Origin: Basidioascus undulatus
Taxonomy: Eukaryota
DNA: 36,953 nt
Reading direction: 5' to 3'
Assembly: GCA_000826855.1 (NCBI GenBank)
Contig: JTLS01000054.1
Location: 1-36,953, forward strand
A model generated the notes under the pieces. The model was not told the DNA's origin. It saw only the letters and a list, made by a program, of their open reading frames with translations, and ran no database searches. The position numbers and the translations under genes were made by a program. Shown one piece after another: positions 32,040-36,953 of the stretch; position 1 is the first letter of the stretch, and the number at the start of each line of letters is the position of its first letter.

Positions 32040-33323
32040 TCACCCGTCGCCCACCAGCTTCTCCGCGCGATCCAGCACGCTGAGCACCCTCGTGCGCAGC
32101 CTCTTCCTCGACCTGACGCCCCAGTCGCTCTCATACGCCTCCCACACCGCCCTCGCGCGATCCACGCCCGCCTCCTCCGTCCCGCTCTGCGCTTGCGCCT
32201 CCTCCCTGACGAGCTTGAACGCCTCCGCGAGCTTGGCGAGCACGCCCTTCCCGAGCCCCCAGTCGCGCGCGGCGACCTCGAGCGTGACGCGCTCCCACAC
32301 CGCCGTCGGGAGCGGCATGCGCAGGAGCGCGGGCGAGGCGTGGCGCAGGGCGTGGAAGGCGCGGTGCGAGTCGTAAGAGGAGGAGGAAGCGAGGATGGTC
32401 AGGATTTGGAGGAAGATGTCGGCGGGGAGGGGGAGGCTGCGGGTGGACTCCGGGTAGGGGGCGGACCCGTCGGTCGATGGGAGGTAGAAGGTCGTCGAGG
32501 CGGGACGGGAGGGGTCGGCGTACATGAACTGGGACAACCGAGTTTCAGCTCCACCACTTGCATTGCTCGTCCTCGTCGAGACAGGCGCACATTGCGACTT
32601 ACAGACTCCGCAGATGCCACGCCCTCCCATGTCCTGAGGTCGAGGTCAGGCACTTTCTCGTGGTCCTTGAACTGCTCGTTCAGAGCACGCCAGACGGCAG
32701 TGTTCTGCGCGCCTGTCAGCGGCCGCGCGCGGCTCTGGTCCCCGCGGCGCATCGCCCTCGCGTTCCACTCGGCCTCGAGGAGCTCGTACGCGCCCAAATG
32801 CAGCGGGATGTATCTTCCCTCCCACTCACGCCGTCAGGCAACCCCTCCTGTGGCGGCAACACACCGCCCCAACGCGACACTGAAGGGGGATGGAGAGGAG
32901 GACCAACTCGATATCGCCTTTCCTTCCCCCCCCCGCGGCCCTGGCCTCCGGCGGCGCCGCAAGCCACCGCTTCCAGACCTTCCCGTAGGGCCCGAACTTC
33001 TGCAAGTTGGACGCGAAAAGGACGTTGCGGAGCGCCTCGACGTCCGCGACGTGCCCGTGCCCGGCGGCGCGCAGCTCCTTTTGCACGATGCGCTTGAACG
33101 CGTCGTACGGCTGCTTGGCAAGCGCAGCCCACGGCGGGCTGAGGTGCAGAATGAGCCCCGACGGCGCGAGGCATACGAAGTGCGTGAGGTGGTCGAGCAG
33201 CGCGGGTGGGAGCACGCCGCTCACGGGCTCCGCGACGGCCGGGGGCAGCGAGTCGGGCGTGAGTGAGAGAGCGCAGCCAACGGACGGGGTGCGCGTGAGT
33301 TGCGAGAGCGTTAGTTCAGACAT
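32040..33323 (-). pseudogene. Fungal protein with a C-terminal F-box-like motif; frame break at about 32830 (lesion or atypical intron)
   Basis: MSELTLS..RHRRGCLTA* is followed in another frame by EWEGRYIPLHLGAYELLEAEW..ASAES, then a gtaagt..cccag intron, then FMYADPSRP..LPLPADIFLQIL..RSRKRLRTRVLSVL..*. Confidence 0.5.
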
Positions 33324-33683
33324 GCGTGTGGGCGAATTGCGAGAAAACAGGGAGGTTGGGATGCAGACGAGCGCAGGAGCCAAGGGGGATCGTTGGGGAT
33401 CGTGGCAGGAGGCAAGAAGGTAGAGGGGCAAGCGGCTCAGCCGAACTCCGTCGGTGCTGCCGCTCATCGCACAGCATGCTGCATAACGGTATAGAAGCGG
33501 AACTGACTGATATTGCGGGCCTAGATCCTTTTCAGATAGAGTTTTTCCCAATGCTGTTATTATTTAAGCTGAAGACCCTCCAGCTTCGCGGAAGAGCTGC
33601 ACGAACGTGATGCAACCGCAACTTTCACAACGCACTGCCATTCACACGATGCCAAACTCCGAAGACGCAGAGCAAGAGACGGG

Positions 33684-35764
33684 TCATATAGGTTTGATAT
33701 CATGGAACAAGCAGACCTCCGTGCTGTTCCCGACCCACCCTCTATTCCCCGAAGCAGTAACCAGAAACTTCCCTGCTGGATCCACGACTACTCCGCCCTC
33801 CTCCTTATCAGCCCTCTCCTTCTCCCTTTCCCTCCTCCCCTCTCTCCGCTCTGCACCATAAACTCACGCATCTGGCTAATCGTCCCTCCATGGTGCCCCG
33901 GCATGATCTTGAACGGCAGCCCTCCCTTCCCAGGCTTCATCGACGCGCTCGGCAGGCCGGGCGCATCTCTGGCGAGGCTCCACAGCCGGAGGTTGTCGTG
34001 CGAGGCGGAGACCAGGTGCCGCCCGTCTGGAAGGGCGGCGACGCAGGATACCGGGCCCGAGGAGAACGGCATCTTGAGCGTGCGCGAGGGGGAGGTGAGC
34101 GAACGGATGTCGAAGATCTCGACGCTGCTATTGCGTCGGCCGGCGTAGAGGGAGGCGCCGGTGATGGACCAGACGGCCTGGGGAGGGGCTGTGTGAGGTG
34201 GGAGAGGAAGGAGGGAGGGAGAGGTGAGCGTACAGAAGTGCACCAAGGTGGTGTGCCCTTAGGCACGTCCACGCGCGCGACGCCTCCGGAAGCGGACGAC
34301 TTGACGCGGCGGTCCCAGAGCATTATCTGCCCGTCGACGGAGGCGGTCATGAGGATATCGTTCGAGAACCCGGCGATGCTGCTTGTGGCCGGTTTTGAAC
34401 TCGCAGCGGCGGTGGCCCCGGGCAGGGCCAGTGCGGCGGCGGACCCGTCCGGCTCGCCGGGCGCGTCCTCGTCCTCGTCGTCGAAGAGGGGGTCGTACGA
34501 GTCTTCGGACTTGGACTTTTCGGTCGGTGGCGCGCCGGCGGAGGGGGAGGGTACGGCATTGGGGTTGGGGACGGAGGTGGAGATGGGGCGAAGGGCGACA
34601 CAGGAGAGCTGCCCGGCGTGCCCGCTGAAGTTGCGGACGGCTTTCCCTGTGTTGAGGTCCCATTCCTAGGGGGAAAGTAAGATGGAGAGGGGGAGAGGGT
34701 GAGCGCGAGGGGAGGGAAGTGGGATGAGGAGCGAGCACGAACAATCGCTGTGCGGTCCCAGCTTGCGCTGTACAGACCTGTCTCGTCCGCGGAAAGCGTC
34801 ATGGCCGAGACGGGCTCGGTGTGCCCGCCCTGCTTGAGCACATGCTGGAGCTTGCCCTCGTCATGTCGGAGCGTGAACAGATTTATCGAGCCAGACTACG
34901 ATACATGCCCGCCCCTGCGCGTCAGCCGACGCATGGTCCCACGAGAAGGAGGAAGAAGACAAAGAAGAAGAAGGACCGACAGCAGTCCCGCTGAGCCCCC
35001 ACAGCGCGTCCTGCTGCATCGCCAAGCTGTACACGGGGCTATTGACGACCCTGCGCTCCTGCGTGCCATCTTCCATCTCGTTCGGCCACGCGGCGGTGCA
35101 CACCCCGCCCCGCGTGATAGTCTCGACGTTGAACGGGTGCTTCTGTGCCTGCGTGAGGGGCACTTTCCCGTTCATGCTCCCGTACATGTCGTACGCGCGC
35201 ACGTGGCCGTCGTCCCCGCCCGTGAGGAGGACGGACGCGCAGCGCGAGGCTGCGAGAGAGTGGATCGCCGTCCCGTGCAGGGCGGCAACGTAGGGCTCGA
35301 TGAGGTACGAGGAGGCGGAGAGGAAGGGGGGCGAGGGGCGGAAGAGCGCGCGCCGGTCGAGGACCGGGTCGGCGGGGGGCGGGGGAGGGGTGGAGATGTA
35401 GGTGGAGTCGGTTTCTGTACAGTGGTCGCCGATATGAGCGTAACGCGAGCTCAACAGTAAGATAGGACACACCCAGAGCCAGCTTGGCTGGTGTCCCTCC
35501 CTTTGCAGACTCGACCCCGCTCGGCACCGCGCTCGCAAGGCTCATGCTGCGATCCCTGCTGGGCGGAACAGCGGGGCTGCCGACGTCACCGTCGCTGTCG
35601 ACGTCAATGACCATCTTGGCGTCCTCATCATCGTCGTCGCTGTCCGCGTCCTCGTCCGCGTCCGAGGCCGGCACGGTCTGGGGCGCGGGCGTGTCGAAGC
35701 GCTCTTCCTCATCCGACTCAATCGAGTCGTCGTCGGAATCGACGCGGTCCGGGGACGAGAACAT
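33684..35764 (-). CDS. SPT8: SAGA complex WD40 subunit Spt8
   Basis: An acidic N-terminus is followed by YLIEPYVAALHGTAIHSLA, LLTGGDDGHVRAYD..MNGKVPLTQAQKH, SPVYSLAMQQDALWGLSG, INLFTLRHDEG, GTPPWCTS, YAGRRN, SGPVSCV, GHHGGTISQM|LVDPAGKFLVTASGNRGWVGNSTEVCLFHDIKPI*. Confidence 0.93.
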
Positions 35765-36135
35765 GGGGAATTCCAAGAAGAACACAAGAAGGTATTGGGA
35801 TGGTGAGAAGAGGAAAGCTGGGAAGATTGAACGCGGCAGTAGGAAGGCAAGAGGCAGACGCGAGAAGGACGCGCATGGCGAGATGACGCTGCGAGGGCAA
35901 GCACGGGGTCCTCGCCTTACAACGCTTGACCATCAACCACCACGCTCGCACTCTCCATACGACATTTCATCTACAACCAGCACTAAAACCCTCTACAACG
36001 GGTGTATCTTTCGAATAATCCTCCCACTGTGCGTTACCGAGGCATCTCGTAATCGACAAGCAAGCGAGGCAATGCTCACATCCATCGCTGCACCCCTATC
36101 CAGCTAACTCCTTCCTCGCAGTCCATCAGCGCACA

Positions 36136-36953
36136 ATGTCCGGTACCGGGCCTCGCGAGAACATTGTGCGCTCGTATCCACACCCATCCCATTCCCAATC
36201 CCCGCTGATGGCTGTTCTATCCGCAGTTCCCTACACGGATGGCGCGCTGCTCCCCACGCAGCTGCGAGTGATCCGATCTCTTGACGCTGACGCCTTGCTT
36301 CCCGGGTACAGGCCTTGACAACGACAAAAGGCCGTCTGAAGGCCGCGCAGACGGGGCACTCCCTCCTCGCCAAGAAGCGCGACGCGCTGATGCTCCGCTT
36401 CCGCGCGATCCTCAAGAAGGTGGACGAAGTGTGTCTCCCTCTCCGCCCCTCCCCCTGCTCCCCATCCCGGCGTCTGAACCCCTGGATGTGGGTGTCTGCA
36501 GGCTAAGCGCAAGATGGGCCGCGTCATGCAAGTCGCTGCCTTCTCCCTCGCGGAAGTGACGTACGTCGCGGGCGACATCTCGTACCAGGTGCAGGAGAGC
36601 GCCAAGTCGGCGCAGTTCCGCGTGCGCGCGAAGCAGGAGAACGTCTCGGGCGTTACGCTGCCCGGGTTCGAGGCTTACAAGGAGGGCTCGAATGGTGCGT
36701 CTCACCCCACCCCCTTCCCCTCTTCCCCCAAGTACTCGGGCAGGCGCGGGATGAGGCGGTAGGGGCAGGGAAGACTGACCGAGCTGTAATGATGGACGGC
36801 GGGCAGAGTTCGGCTTGACCGGTCTGGGACGCGGTGGACAGCAGGTCCAAAAGTGCAAAGAAAGTTACGCAAAAGCCGTCGAGACGCTCGTCGAACTTGC
36901 GTCCCTGCAGGTGCGTTCCTCCCTCTTTCTCTCCCTCGCCACCGCCTCCTCTC
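36136..36953 (+). CDS. VMA8: V-type ATPase V1 subunit D (3' partial)
   Basis: Reads MSGTGPRENI|FPTRM|ALTTTKGRLKAAQTGHSLLAKKRDAL..|AKRKMGRVMQVAAFSLAEV..ENVSGVTLP..|EFGLTGLGRGGQQVQKCK..LVELASLQ. The intron starting at 36911 runs off the window. Confidence 0.97.

Noticed and set aside
32926..32934. C9 homopolymer as a sequencing-error cause of the frame break in the 32040-33323 gene
   Set aside because: Adding or removing one base there does not restore a continuous frame: one alternative hits TGA at 32836-32834 and the other still needs a second shift.
32193..33266. Long antisense ORFs (357 aa here; also 33890-34669, 34699-35460, 8182-8826)
   Set aside because: These are shadow ORFs opposite GC-rich coding exons, with low-complexity R/G/A-rich translations and no motifs.
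1..36953. Stop-codon reassignment as an explanation for the in-frame TGA/TAG codons in accessory genes
   Set aside because: TGA ends TatD, HAM1-like, LCB4, POP7, GH32 and SPT8, and TAG ends GOS1, SEN34 and PRO3, at plausible or conserved C-termini. No core gene has an internal stop.

Overview
Gene-dense, intron-rich, GC-rich eukaryotic DNA from a basidiomycete fungus. The 47-110 nt introns with GTGCGT/GTACGT/GTGAGT donors and CTGAC/CTGAT/CTCAC branch sites suggest Pucciniomycotina, but this is inference only. Ten conserved genes can be spliced by eye without lesions: GOS1 (5' end unresolved), a TatD/Scn1-like hydrolase, a HAM1/DUF4449-like protein, sphingoid base kinase LCB4, SEN34, POP7/Rpp20, a secreted GH32 invertase-like enzyme, PRO3, SPT8 and VMA8 (runs off the window end). 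Between them lie four mostly lower-GC accessory islands. These hold an inverted pair of orphan acidic/NLS genes sharing an MCB/SCB/E-box promoter, a tandem trio of orphan membrane-anchored '..QC*' genes, a multi-exon remnant beside the invertase, and three F-box-like genes. Nearly all accessory genes carry stops or frameshifts. The most unusual signals are: (i) block-wise C-rich/G-rich strand-skew oscillation running across exons and introns, (ii) the orphan cell-cycle-box gene with a single in-frame TGA, (iii) the orphan trio with three stops inside a 15-nt GT..AG segment, (iv) two tRNA-maturation nuclease subunits paired head-to-head, and (v) micro-exons building the invertase active site. 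No tRNA, rRNA, CRISPR array or recognisable transposon was found. All gene models and alignments were made manually, without database searches.
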